From Spirochaetaceae bacterium (GTDB taxonomy: Bacteria; Spirochaetota; Spirochaetia; DSM-2461): a stretch of DNA of 64,000 nucleotides. The translations under genes were made by a program, and so were the position numbers. The notes below the pieces were generated by a model that was given only the letters and a program-made list of their open reading frames with translations, ran no database searches and was not told the origin of the DNA. Positions 49,467 to 59,167 of the stretch are shown piece after piece; position 1 is the first letter of the stretch; every line of letters begins with the position of its first letter. The DNA lies in NCBI GenBank assembly GCA_051531975.1, contig JAOPTT010000003.1, positions 32,001 through 96,000 of the forward strand, in the 5' to 3' direction.

Positions 49467-50336
49467 ATGTTAGATATGGAAATCATTACAGAAGAGTTTA
49501 AAATGATTAATGGGGTAAATCTATATTTTAAAACTATTGGTAAAGGAATTCCTATTATTGTTGTTCATGGAGGTCCAGGTTTAGCTCATAATTATCTATT
49601 TACATATTTTTCCCAATTATGTGATCAATATCAGATAATTTTCTACGATCAACGAGCATGTGGACTTTCGACCGGGGATGAAACTGAAAAAGATATAACA
49701 ATGGAAAATTTTATTGAAGATATAGAGGGTATTCGAAAAGCTTTTGGTATCGATAAGGTTAATTTAATAGGACAATCTTATGGTGGATTAATAACTCTTT
49801 CTTATGCAGTAAAATATCCACAAAATATGGGAAGCCTACTTATTTTAGAGTCTGCTGCTGCAAATCCAGAATCTGATATACAATTTGAGTTAATTATAGA
49901 TAAAAGAAAGTCACAATTTGATAAAACTCAATTATCAAAATTTGAAAATGAATTAGAGTTTTCTAATGCAAAATCTGAAATCATGAAGAAGTATTTCATG
50001 ATATTATTTAAATACTACTTTTTTGATGAAAGTTTTTTATCGGAATTATCCTTAGATTATTTAACTGATAAAATGGTAGATAAATTATTCCTAAGTGGAC
50101 GTTGTATTAAATCAGATCCAAATCTATTAAAGTTACTGCCAATAATAAAATGTCCTACATTAATAATTCATGGTGATTATGATCCTATTCCTGTAGAAGA
50201 TATTAGACTTATACATAATGCAATTGTTCAATCCCAATTTATTATAATTAAAGATTGTGGACATTTTGCTCATATTGAAAAGCAATCTCAATATTTTAAC
50301 GAAATAAGAAAATTTTATAATAAATACATAAATTAA
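49467..50336 (+). CDS. Alpha/beta hydrolase (proline iminopeptidase-like)
   Basis: HGGPG, YDQRACG, GQSYGG, HGDYD and CGHF. Confidence 0.9.
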   Translation: MLDMEIITEEFKMINGVNLYFKTIGKGIPIIVVHGGPGLAHNYLFTYFSQLCDQYQIIFYDQRACGLSTGDETEKDITMENFIEDIEGIRKAFGIDKVNLIGQSYGGLITLSYAVKYPQNMGSLLILESAAANPESDIQFELIIDKRKSQFDKTQLSKFENELEFSNAKSEIMKKYFMILFKYYFFDESFLSELSLDYLTDKMVDKLFLSGRCIKSDPNLLKLLPIIKCPTLIIHGDYDPIPVEDIRLIHNAIVQSQFIIIKDCGHFAHIEKQSQYFNEIRKFYNKYIN

Positions 50337-50525
50337 TTTTTAAAAGATGTTTTATAGATTAGATATTACAGCCACTTTGATTAGGAAGTTGATACCATCT
50401 CCAGCGTTCTACAGATCCACGGCTTGTCCCTTGGACTAAGTGGAGGGATTGCCGTGATTCTTGTTCTATCGTAGTAAATCGATTGGTATTCACACTATTG
50501 ATCCTACGAATTGTTCGCGACAATA

Positions 50526-51755
50526 CTATTTTTTAGGTGACAAAACCTTAGAAACCCATAATTTATCCACTACAACGATTAAAGCAATACCAATAACAAC
50601 AATTCCAAAACCTATTGCTGGGGTCCGATTAATTCCAAAAAATAAAGACAAACAAGTAGCTAGTAGAACAAGTAAACGAGGCCACATAAACTTGTTCGTA
50701 ATCCTCCAAACCGTCGCCGCTGTTGAACCTACAAACAATCCAATACCAATAGACATTGTTAGAGCTGCTGAAATAGAAAGTGGAGTTGCGGAGTGTGGTA
50801 ATATCATCCCAAAAGCCACTGACAAACTGATAACTCCACAAATAAGAGGAAAGTGAAAATAGCTATAACCAGAAGTTGCTAATTTTGATTGAATTTCAGA
50901 AGGGCACTTCTTAAGATGATCTTCTAAGAATTCTCTAACCCATCCAAAATATGTCCACCATAATAGGCAGGTCACAATGACTGCTGCCCCTGCAGCTACA
51001 AGTAAGTACAGAGTTCTCTCATCTTCTGCTACTGAATTACCAGCAACAATCAAAGACTCACCTAATGCAATGATCACAATAAGTGCATGACGTTCAATAA
51101 AATGCCCAACACGTAATTCACTTATAGGTTTTTTCCCCTTACCGCTACCGGCAATAATACCTGAAGCCAAGTCTGCCATGACAGCTCCTAACCATAACCA
51201 CTGACGAAGTTCGGGTTTTACAAAAGCTCCCACCAAAATTGCAACCAAGCTCGACATCGCTGTAATGAATGTAGGAATCATATTAGAATCTTTCAGATGC
51301 TCTTTGTTAGATCCAATGGCAATCAATACCAACCCTATCATGCGAATCAGTAGATATGGCACAACAAACCAGAAAACACCGTCACTAAACGCCATATCTA
51401 CAGAAGCAGCCATGATAAAAGCAACTCCGGTTGTTATTAGAGTAACTACTCGTGTGGCAACCTTTTTAGTATCAGCAATATTCAAAGTACAGGTGAATTG
51501 AGTCCAAGCCCACCATACAAGAGCAAACATCAACAACGTCTGACTCACATTATGGAAATCTAAATGGTGAGCTACTAAGTGAGTTGTTCGAGTTATTGCA
51601 AAAACAAAAACCAAATCAAAAAAAAGTTCGACAAAATCAACAGACTGGTCGTTCGTCGCACTACCAAAAGGACTAGGACGATCCTTTTTTCGGATAGATT
51701 GTTCACCGGATAGCGGTATTGTATCTATTACCCTAAGCTTTTTTTTTATATTCAT
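50526..51755 (-). CDS. Low temperature requirement protein A family membrane protein
   Basis: ELFFDLVFVFAI, WWAW, HFIERHALIVIIALGES and LWWTYF. Confidence 0.9.
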   Translation of the reverse strand: MNIKKKLRVIDTIPLSGEQSIRKKDRPSPFGSATNDQSVDFVELFFDLVFVFAITRTTHLVAHHLDFHNVSQTLLMFALVWWAWTQFTCTLNIADTKKVATRVVTLITTGVAFIMAASVDMAFSDGVFWFVVPYLLIRMIGLVLIAIGSNKEHLKDSNMIPTFITAMSSLVAILVGAFVKPELRQWLWLGAVMADLASGIIAGSGKGKKPISELRVGHFIERHALIVIIALGESLIVAGNSVAEDERTLYLLVAAGAAVIVTCLLWWTYFGWVREFLEDHLKKCPSEIQSKLATSGYSYFHFPLICGVISLSVAFGMILPHSATPLSISAALTMSIGIGLFVGSTAATVWRITNKFMWPRLLVLLATCLSLFFGINRTPAIGFGIVVIGIALIVVVDKLWVSKVLSPKK

Positions 51756-51791
51756 TCAAGTTCTCCTATTTTTCCATAATATTTGTTATTA

Positions 51792-52877
51792 TCACTTCAA
51801 CTTATCTGGTTCTGTATCAAAAGTTTTATACATATTACTAACTCCAAGATCTTTTTGCTTCAAATTTATTATTAGCTTTAAGGTTGAAACACCAAATGGT
51901 AGTTGTGCAACTCCAGTATCTGTTCCAGTGGTGGTAACAACAAAAACAGGCTGCTTCTTATATGAATTATTCTTTTTACCTTTTACAACATTAATTAGAT
52001 TCTTTGCTAACATCCCACCCTGAACAGTCGCTACATAACCATTTTTATTAGAATTATCAAGATTAGAGCAGTCTCCCAAAGCGAAAATATTATCGAACCC
52101 CTCAACCTTCATGTAGCTATCAACCTTAACTAAACCCTTTTCATCAAGAATATTTGGCATTTCAGCCCGTATAAACTCTGTATTAGGAACCATTCCAATA
52201 CAAACATATACTATGTCTGCATTGATCGTCTCGTTACTGTTTTTACATCGATAAATGTCACCATCTTTCTCGAACCTACGGTTAAATTTTACATTTACCC
52301 CTCTATTTGTTAGTTGTTCTAATGCAGTTTGTTGCATCTTTGGCTTAAAGTTATCTAGTAGATTATCAGTTCCATGGGCTAATGTGATCTTCTTCTCAGG
52401 GAAAGCAGACGCTATTTCTCCTGCGAACTCAACACCAACAACTCCACCTCCAATAATAAGAACCGAATCAGCAGATTTTAAAGACTTGTGTTCTTTTAAT
52501 ATCTCTTTATTTCGCTCTTCGTAGTCGAATTTAGAATTAGACTTTGTCAATGGCAGTGTAGGATAACGACTTCCTGTAGAAATAACTGCACTTTTAAAAC
52601 TAATAGTATTTCCATTAGACAATTTTACTTCTTTATCGTTCATAGACTCTACATTGCCTTGAATGAATACCCCATTTATAAAATCATTATACATTTTACG
52701 TGGTGTATTACCGACTTTTTGAGGATTGGTTATATTACGTAACATTGCAAAAGTCACTTCAAAATAGTTTTTTTTATCAATTAGTATAGTATCGATACCA
52801 CTCTTTGCTAGTTTCTGGGCTATTGTTACTCCAGCGAAACCGCCACCAATAATTAGTACATCTGTTTGTTTGTTCAT
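51792..52877 (-). CDS. FAD-dependent NAD(P)H oxidoreductase (AIF/AMID-like)
   Basis: IIGGGFAG, STGS, IIGGGVVGVEFAGE and FALGD. Confidence 0.88.
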   Translation of the reverse strand: MNKQTDVLIIGGGFAGVTIAQKLAKSGIDTILIDKKNYFEVTFAMLRNITNPQKVGNTPRKMYNDFINGVFIQGNVESMNDKEVKLSNGNTISFKSAVISTGSRYPTLPLTKSNSKFDYEERNKEILKEHKSLKSADSVLIIGGGVVGVEFAGEIASAFPEKKITLAHGTDNLLDNFKPKMQQTALEQLTNRGVNVKFNRRFEKDGDIYRCKNSNETINADIVYVCIGMVPNTEFIRAEMPNILDEKGLVKVDSYMKVEGFDNIFALGDCSNLDNSNKNGYVATVQGGMLAKNLINVVKGKKNNSYKKQPVFVVTTTGTDTGVAQLPFGVSTLKLIINLKQKDLGVSNMYKTFDTEPDKLK

Positions 52878-53024
52878 GTTTAATACTCCTATAAATATTA
52901 TTAATTTTATATTACTTAACTTAATTTGATAATTGAATACATAATGTTACCTATTTCTTGCACAATCCTCTCAGATAGAGAGAAAAGGGTATATTATTGG
53001 TTATTGATAATATAATATTAAAAT

Positions 53025-53933
53025 ATGAAAATAGATGTTAATAAATTAGATAAATTAAAGAGATTGATTTCTGATCACACAACTATAGAAGAAGGTGTTA
53101 CACAAACTCCATTAAATAATTTTATGTTGTTTAGATCTAGCAATGGACAACCACGTAAACATGAAGTTTATCAGGCATACCTTCTAATTTTAGCTCAGGG
53201 AGAAAAGCAGTTACATATCGGAGGGGAGAAATACAACTTTAAGGCTGGTGATTTTTTAGCAGTATTTATGCCTATGTTGTTGGAAGCAGAAAGGGTTGAT
53301 GTTCCAAAAGATGAACCATATCTTATGTGTTGTATCGAAATAGATCTTATTAAAATTGCCAATATCCTACTGAAGCTAGATGCTCATAATCCTTCTAGTA
53401 TATCTAACGAGTTAGCAGAAGCATCATCTTACTATTTAGGACCGATGGGTTATAACTTGTTAGATCCAGTTATACGTTTACTCGAAACACTTAAAAACCC
53501 TAGAGATACTGCGATATTAGGAGAATCCATTATAGATGAGATATATTATAGGCTCCTTACTGATGACAAAGTTGGGTTAGGCTCTTTGCGCCGGCACTTA
53601 GAACAACATGGACAAATTCAAGAAATTGCCCGTTCTGTAAATCATATTCAAGGGAATTTAAAAGAAAATGTCTCAGTGGAACAATTAGCAAAGCTATCTA
53701 ATATGAGTGTTTCTGGGTTTCATAGAACATTTAAAACAGTGATGCATACAACACCTATACAGTACGCTAAAACACTTAAGCTACACAGATCCAAAGCATT
53801 AATAAAAGAAGGTCAAACAGCGAATGAAGCTAGTATGTCCGTAGGGTATAATAGTGCAGCACAATTTAGTAGAGAATATAAACGTTTTTTTGGTACTACA
53901 CCATTGGAAACAAAGCTTTCTGTAAATGTATAA
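53025..53933 (+). CDS. AraC family regulator (YqhC-like N-domain)
   Basis: AQGEK, EIYYRLL, MSVSGFHRTFK and VGYNSAAQFSREYKRFFG. Confidence 0.92.
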   Translation: MKIDVNKLDKLKRLISDHTTIEEGVTQTPLNNFMLFRSSNGQPRKHEVYQAYLLILAQGEKQLHIGGEKYNFKAGDFLAVFMPMLLEAERVDVPKDEPYLMCCIEIDLIKIANILLKLDAHNPSSISNELAEASSYYLGPMGYNLLDPVIRLLETLKNPRDTAILGESIIDEIYYRLLTDDKVGLGSLRRHLEQHGQIQEIARSVNHIQGNLKENVSVEQLAKLSNMSVSGFHRTFKTVMHTTPIQYAKTLKLHRSKALIKEGQTANEASMSVGYNSAAQFSREYKRFFGTTPLETKLSVNV

Positions 53934-53957
53934 GAAAATTTACAGATATTATTGAAC

Positions 53958-54080
53958 TTAATTTATTACATCCATAGCTTTCTCTATCTCTGTTTTAAGC
54001 GTATTTATTTGTTTTACTTTTATATCAGGAATGACACCGACACCTTCCCAATTAGGGTATATTCGAAATACATTTCCTGG
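53958..54080 (-). pseudogene. C-terminal remnant of an S41-family peptidase
   Basis: A frame with no convincing start codon reads ...YPNWEGVGVIPDIKVKQ...EIEKAMDVIN*. Confidence 0.55.
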
Positions 54081-54177
54081 TTAAAACAAATACTGGGACT
54101 TTTGGACGTCTTTTCCCTTTGATACTGTATTTGAACTTATTAATTATGCATATTTTGTAATCCACAACCATTTGGGG

Positions 54178-54286
54178 GTATAGCGTCCTATAAGGTGCGA
54201 ACTTGCCACGAAGTGTTACTGTAGTTTCTGCATTTTTCTTGCAGAAACTATAACAAAAGTCTGCCACTTACAATAGTTTGTTAAAC
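54178..54286 (-). mobile_element. Degenerate integron attC-like recombination site
   Basis: R'' GTTTAAC begins 14 nt after the DJ-1 gene stop. A long imperfect hairpin follows and ends in the R'-like GCTATAC. Confidence 0.55.
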
Positions 54287-54299
54287 CGCCAAACCCATA

Positions 54300-54938
54300 T
54301 TATTTACTGTCCAAAGATTCCATCAATTGTAAAAAGTACTTTGAATCTTTTAAACTATATAAATTATACCAGGCTTCTAGCGTCTCTTTATTCATGACAT
54401 CTAATTTCTTTAAGATTTCATATGTGAATTCTAATGGTGCAAGCCATGAAGCAGTTATTAAATTATTGTTAACAACAACACTATTAGTTGAATAAAAAGC
54501 ACTACCAGTATAATCGGTACAAATCATTTCTAAATAATTTAGATCATTACTTGTATGTTTTTGATTATTTAAAATTCCTAACTGTGCAAGAAAAATGGTA
54601 GCTCCACAAATGGCTGCAACATTTATTTTTTTATTAATAAAATCCTTAAGTCTACTAATTAAACAGTTATCATCAATCTTTTGCCAATTATCTGAACCAG
54701 GTAATATTAATAAATCCCCTTCCTTAAAATTAATTTTAGAAATTTCAATATCAGGCTCTATTATAGTTCCACCCATTGTTTTTATGGGATTTAAAGTTTT
54801 ACTAATAAATTTAAAATTCAAATTATTATTTTCAGAAAGAAACCTCTTACTTTTTAGTTCTGCAGTTAAATATCCAATTTCCCAATCAGCAAGACCATCT
54901 AGAATGTACATATAGCAATTTTTATCTTTATCTATCAT
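54300..54938 (-). CDS. DJ-1/PfpI family protein
   Basis: LADWEIGY, TMGG, LILPG, AAICGAT and HTSN. Confidence 0.9.
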   Translation of the reverse strand: MIDKDKNCYMYILDGLADWEIGYLTAELKSKRFLSENNNLNFKFISKTLNPIKTMGGTIIEPDIEISKINFKEGDLLILPGSDNWQKIDDNCLISRLKDFINKKINVAAICGATIFLAQLGILNNQKHTSNDLNYLEMICTDYTGSAFYSTNSVVVNNNLITASWLAPLEFTYEILKKLDVMNKETLEAWYNLYSLKDSKYFLQLMESLDSK

Positions 54939-55198
54939 AATTTATTACTCCAACGTTTTAACTTTGGTAATAATAATTCTAAATTTTTTCTTGCTTCAGT
55001 ATCAGTAATCCCCTCTTTCACCATAAAGGGGATGCAGCTAATTATCATTTCTTCTAATGTTTCATCAGGTTTGTTAAAATTACCATTAACATAACAAAAT
55101 TTACAATATTCTTCACTTTTAATTCCATTCGATTCAAGACCAAACAAGCTTTCATCACTAAGTGGCATTCCACAACTTTGACATAATTCTTGGCTCAT
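54935..55198 (-). CDS. Putative zinc-ribbon domain protein
   Basis: CQSCGMPL...EYCKFCY..G.F...LPKLKRW, with an AAGGAG RBS. Confidence 0.88.
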   Translation of the reverse strand: MSQELCQSCGMPLSDESLFGLESNGIKSEEYCKFCYVNGNFNKPDETLEEMIISCIPFMVKEGITDTEARKNLELLLPKLKRWSNKL

Positions 55199-55222
55199 GT
55201 TTTTCTCCTTTAATATGTGAGA

Positions 55223-55258
55223 AGTCTACAATAGCAATTACGACAACAGTGTGTCATA
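55223..55258 (-). promoter_or_regulatory. Candidate WYL-regulator operator plus -10 box
   Basis: Palindrome TACGACA-N6-TGTCATA (55239-55258). The minus strand reads TGTCGT-N11-TAGACT upstream of the zinc-ribbon gene. Confidence 0.6.
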
Positions 55259-56165
55259 GATTATAAATTTTAATACTTTTTTTTAATCTATTAACGATGA
55301 CCTTTCTTAAAGATTCAGGTTCAATTATTTCAACTTCATGACTTAAGCTCAATAACACTGAATAAAGCCATTCATCTATTGGAAAAGAGCATTTTAGTAT
55401 TACATTACCATCTTTATCTAAAGTTTCATCAATAGGATCAAGATAATCGGGGATCCTTCCATACATTGAAGGAATAAATTTTAAGATTATATCGGTTGAA
55501 CTTCTTGTCATATCAATTTGATCAGGTTCAATTGGCTTTATATCTGCTCGTTCAGTAAAAGTATTTTCTAATTCAATATCAAACATTCTTTTAGTATTAA
55601 ATATTCTATAATCATTTCTTAATGTGCAGTAAGCATAAAGATACCAAGAATTACCTTTCATTATTATAGTATATGGCTCAACTTTTCTTTTTGTTCTTTT
55701 TTTATGTAAATCAGTATAGTTAAATATTAAAATTCTATTCTTTTCAGTTGCTAAATATATATCATCAAGTTTTTCATTTTGTCTTTTATTATTTCCCCAG
55801 GGTTTAGTATCGATTAATAATTTTCTGCTTGAACTATTATTCTCATTCATACTAGAAAACTTGTTTAATAAATCACGGACAGAACCTTTAAATAATGTAT
55901 CTTTAAAACTACCCAGTATCTCTACTAAAGTATTTATTTCTTTCTGAGATATATAATTTTTATCCAGTTTATAATTTTCAATAATATGGTAACCACCATT
56001 CTTCCCTACTTCACCATAAATTGGGACTCCAGCATTGCAAAGGTTATCTATATCTCTTTGGATTGTTCTTATTGATACATCAAATGTTTTTGATAATTCC
56101 TCTGCTGTTACTTTCTTTTTTTCAATGATAATTAAAAGAATTGAAACTAATCTATCTATTTTCAT
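55254..56165 (-). CDS. YafY-family HTH-WYL transcriptional regulator
   Basis: VTAEELS..VSIRTIQRDI, GGY and RKVEPY..WYLYAYC..R.DYRIF. Confidence 0.93.
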   Translation of the reverse strand: MKIDRLVSILLIIIEKKKVTAEELSKTFDVSIRTIQRDIDNLCNAGVPIYGEVGKNGGYHIIENYKLDKNYISQKEINTLVEILGSFKDTLFKGSVRDLLNKFSSMNENNSSSRKLLIDTKPWGNNKRQNEKLDDIYLATEKNRILIFNYTDLHKKRTKRKVEPYTIIMKGNSWYLYAYCTLRNDYRIFNTKRMFDIELENTFTERADIKPIEPDQIDMTRSSTDIILKFIPSMYGRIPDYLDPIDETLDKDGNVILKCSFPIDEWLYSVLLSLSHEVEIIEPESLRKVIVNRLKKSIKIYNL

Positions 56166-56303
56166 ATTTAACCCTAAATTTTTGATTTATATTATTTTAA
56201 TAAATATATGCAGTTTTTGATACAATAATTAATGAATAAAACATTAGACTTCTTCTTGGTATAAATGTAACATTATTTGGGGTATTAATAGGAATGGTAT
56301 TAT

Positions 56304-56744
56304 ATGGAAGTAAGAGAAATTTTACATGAAGATCTAGAATCTATTTATAACTTATCTAAGCAATTAGGATACACATATTCAAAAAATAAGATGGATAAAC
56401 GTATTGTAGAATTAATCAAATCAACAAATGATAAGATTTTTGTGGCTTTTGATCCTAGAACTAATTCAGTTACTGGTTATATACATCTTCAAGTATATAA
56501 AACACTGTATTTTGATTCACTACTAAATATTTTAGGTATTGTTGTAGATAAAGATATTCGAAATAAAGGAATCGGATCTCTTTTAATAAACAAAGCAGAG
56601 GAATATGCTAAAAATGAAAGCTGCGTAGGGATAAGGGCTAACTCAGGTTCATCTAGAATTTCTGCCCATAGTTTTTATAGAAAAAGTGGTTTTATGGATG
56701 AAAGTGATCAAAAAAAGTTTATCAAAATATTTTCAGAAACCTGA
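56304..56744 (+). CDS. GNAT acetyltransferase
   Basis: QLGY, VVDKDIRNKGIGS and AHSFYRKSGF. Confidence 0.88.
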   Translation: MEVREILHEDLESIYNLSKQLGYTYSKNKMDKRIVELIKSTNDKIFVAFDPRTNSVTGYIHLQVYKTLYFDSLLNILGIVVDKDIRNKGIGSLLINKAEEYAKNESCVGIRANSGSSRISAHSFYRKSGFMDESDQKKFIKIFSET

Positions 56745-56766
56745 CATCATTTGTTACAATACAACA

Positions 56767-56795
56767 CCCTTTTGTATAAAAGATATACAAAAGGG
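56767..56795. terminator. Perfect 12-bp hairpin between convergent genes
   Basis: CCCTTTTGTATA-AAAGA-TATACAAAAGGG. Confidence 0.7.
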
Positions 56796-56804
56796 ATATA
56801 AAAT

Positions 56805-58157
56805 TTAGGTTATGTTTATATCTAAACCTTCAACATCTAAAATGTCTTTTTTAATAATCTCTCTAAGTTCACTCTTAATAGTAATTAAATCGATGTTATT
56901 AATTAAGTTCTCTTTTTCAAAGGGATCATTTTCTAGGTCGTAAAGAAAAATCTCTTTATAATTCACTCCCCCGCTGGTATTCCATCCTGTGTCCTTCTCT
57001 GTATCAGGAATGGAGATTTCATACTTCCACTTTTTTGTCCGTATAGCCCGGCCAATGTGGTTTTCACTTATCTCAAGATATACATGTTCTCGCCAATTGT
57101 CATTTACACCATCAATTAGAGACTGAAGAGGTGCTCCTCTCATATATGATGGAACAGGAATATCAGCTGCGGCAAGAAAAGTAGCGGGTAGATCTATGAG
57201 ACTTACAAGATCATCGTTAACCAACCCTCCCCTGAATCCAGGGCCACATATAACCAATGGAATATGGATACTAGAATCATGACAGGAGCGCTTATATTCC
57301 AAGTTTCTTGTTCGAAAGTGTGACCCATGATCTGAGGAAAAAATTATAAGAGTATTTTCATCCAGTCCAATATCTTTTAACTTCTCCCTTATACGGCCAA
57401 GATTTTGATCTAGACTATTACAACATCCAAGATAGTCTGGATACTCCTCTCTCCATGATCCTTTGGTTCCTTTTAAATCCCCTGGTACTGTAAAATCTGC
57501 AAACTTTTCTTTTGAATCCTTAGGACCGATGCTAACATTCATATCATTCTGGTGGTGTGGTTCAATATATGAAAGAAATAGGAAAAAGGGATTATCATCA
57601 TTTTGTCTATCAAGGAAATCTAGAGCCCAATCTGTCTGTGCATCCGGCCTAAACTGGTCTTTAAACTCTTTTTTATTCCCATTAATATCAAACATATGCC
57701 CTTCGAAGGGATGGGATGTAAATTCTAATACATCGGAAGCAATCCACTCGTCTTTCCAGCCACCACGGTAGGCTTTATCAATAGCTTTGATACTATAGTC
57801 AGGATATATTTTAGCAGTTTCTGACTTAGGATCACTTTTAGTTGTTGCTAGGTGCCATTTCCCGATATACCCTGTTTTATAGAAATTCTCATTAAAGTAG
57901 TGTGCAATTGTTTTTTCATCCTGGGGCAGGTGTATTGAATTCCTGAAACAACCTGTTTCTGTGGCATATTTCCCTGTTTGAAGACTGGATCTTGCAGGGC
58001 CACAAACTGGCTGACAGGTAAATGCTTTTGAGAAACGCACTCCCTCCCTGGCCATTTTATCCAGTTCCGGAGTAACATTTAAATCCTGTCCGTAACATCC
58101 ACATGTATCAGCTCTCTGCTGATCTGTAAAAAAAAATACTATATTTGGCTTTTTCAT
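56805..58157 (-). CDS. Cytoplasmic Cys-type formylglycine sulfatase
   Basis: KPNIVFFFTDQQR, CGPAR (CxPxR), GKWHL, EPHH and SDHG. No signal peptide. Confidence 0.92.
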   Translation of the reverse strand: MKKPNIVFFFTDQQRADTCGCYGQDLNVTPELDKMAREGVRFSKAFTCQPVCGPARSSLQTGKYATETGCFRNSIHLPQDEKTIAHYFNENFYKTGYIGKWHLATTKSDPKSETAKIYPDYSIKAIDKAYRGGWKDEWIASDVLEFTSHPFEGHMFDINGNKKEFKDQFRPDAQTDWALDFLDRQNDDNPFFLFLSYIEPHHQNDMNVSIGPKDSKEKFADFTVPGDLKGTKGSWREEYPDYLGCCNSLDQNLGRIREKLKDIGLDENTLIIFSSDHGSHFRTRNLEYKRSCHDSSIHIPLVICGPGFRGGLVNDDLVSLIDLPATFLAAADIPVPSYMRGAPLQSLIDGVNDNWREHVYLEISENHIGRAIRTKKWKYEISIPDTEKDTGWNTSGGVNYKEIFLYDLENDPFEKENLINNIDLITIKSELREIIKKDILDVEGLDINIT

Positions 58158-58228
58158 ATTTAAATTATGACTGATTATTTTATATTTAACATTGAAGAAT
58201 ACTACAATTTATTACACTATAATACAGT

Positions 58229-59080
58229 ATGGATGATTTTGATAAGGTTTATGAGAAGTTAAAAAACTGTTTTAATAAAAATGGAGCTGATAATGTAATT
58301 TATGCATCACCTGTAAAATCTCCACCACCACCAAAGAGCTATTACAGCCATAACCATAGGCTTGCAATACCAATTAGTGGGATTCATTCAATGGTCATTT
58401 CTAGTACAGATTTAGGACATAACAACATATATCCAAAACCCGGCGATGTAACATTTATGCCCATGGGATCCTGGAACCAACCTGACTGGTTAAAACCTGT
58501 CGAGGTTATTACATTTATTTTTGAACCGGATAAAATAATAGTAAGCTATGTAAATAATATGATAGAGACTGAAGGTAAAGTTCTAAACAGATTCTCCCTT
58601 CCAAAAGTTCCCAGAAATATAACGACCCTACTGAATCTCATAGAACTAAAAGAGCCATCTGATATAGAGAAGCTTTCAAATTTGAAAAACAGACTATTAA
58701 TAAACGTTTTAATAATAGAACTAATTGAAGATCTAAAAAAAAGAGAGAAGTTAGGAAAGCATAACAAAGTATCAGGATGTCATGGTATATGTTTGCATTT
58801 AGATGAGTTCTACTCCGACAACTGTTCCAGGGATACAATTGCCAACATTTTCTCCCTGACCCCTAACTATATTTCCAATTTATTTAGAAAGGAAACTGGA
58901 TACAGTTATTCAGAATATGTTAATAATTTAAGAGTAAAACATAGTTGCCGTTTATTAAAAGATACAAATGCCACTCTTGATGAAATCTCAGCTTCCTGCG
59001 GTTTCTCCAGTACAACTTATTTCTGCCGTGTATTTCGAAAGATAACAGGTAAAAGGCCAGGAGAGATTAGAAAAGAGTGA
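58229..59080 (+). CDS. AraC family regulator
   Basis: C-terminal double HTH (PNYISNLFRKETG...CGFSSTTYFCRVFRK). Divergent from the sulfatase. Confidence 0.9.
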   Translation: MDDFDKVYEKLKNCFNKNGADNVIYASPVKSPPPPKSYYSHNHRLAIPISGIHSMVISSTDLGHNNIYPKPGDVTFMPMGSWNQPDWLKPVEVITFIFEPDKIIVSYVNNMIETEGKVLNRFSLPKVPRNITTLLNLIELKEPSDIEKLSNLKNRLLINVLIIELIEDLKKREKLGKHNKVSGCHGICLHLDEFYSDNCSRDTIANIFSLTPNYISNLFRKETGYSYSEYVNNLRVKHSCRLLKDTNATLDEISASCGFSSTTYFCRVFRKITGKRPGEIRKE

Positions 59081-59167
59081 TTATTTTACTTGTCCTCAAC
59101 ATTAAAACTTCATTACATATTTAGAATATATATGGAGTTACTTACTGTTTTTATGGTAAAAGAACTC

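Noticed and set aside
50382..50506. 6S RNA or SRP RNA call for the structured element
   Set aside because: It lacks the SRP domain IV motif and is short for 6S, with no clear promoter. Kept only as an unassigned structure.
50461..50856. 131-aa plus-strand ORF
   Set aside because: Antisense shadow of the ltrA-like gene.
54052..54267. 71-aa minus-strand ORF
   Set aside because: It runs through the attC-like hairpin and has no protein features.
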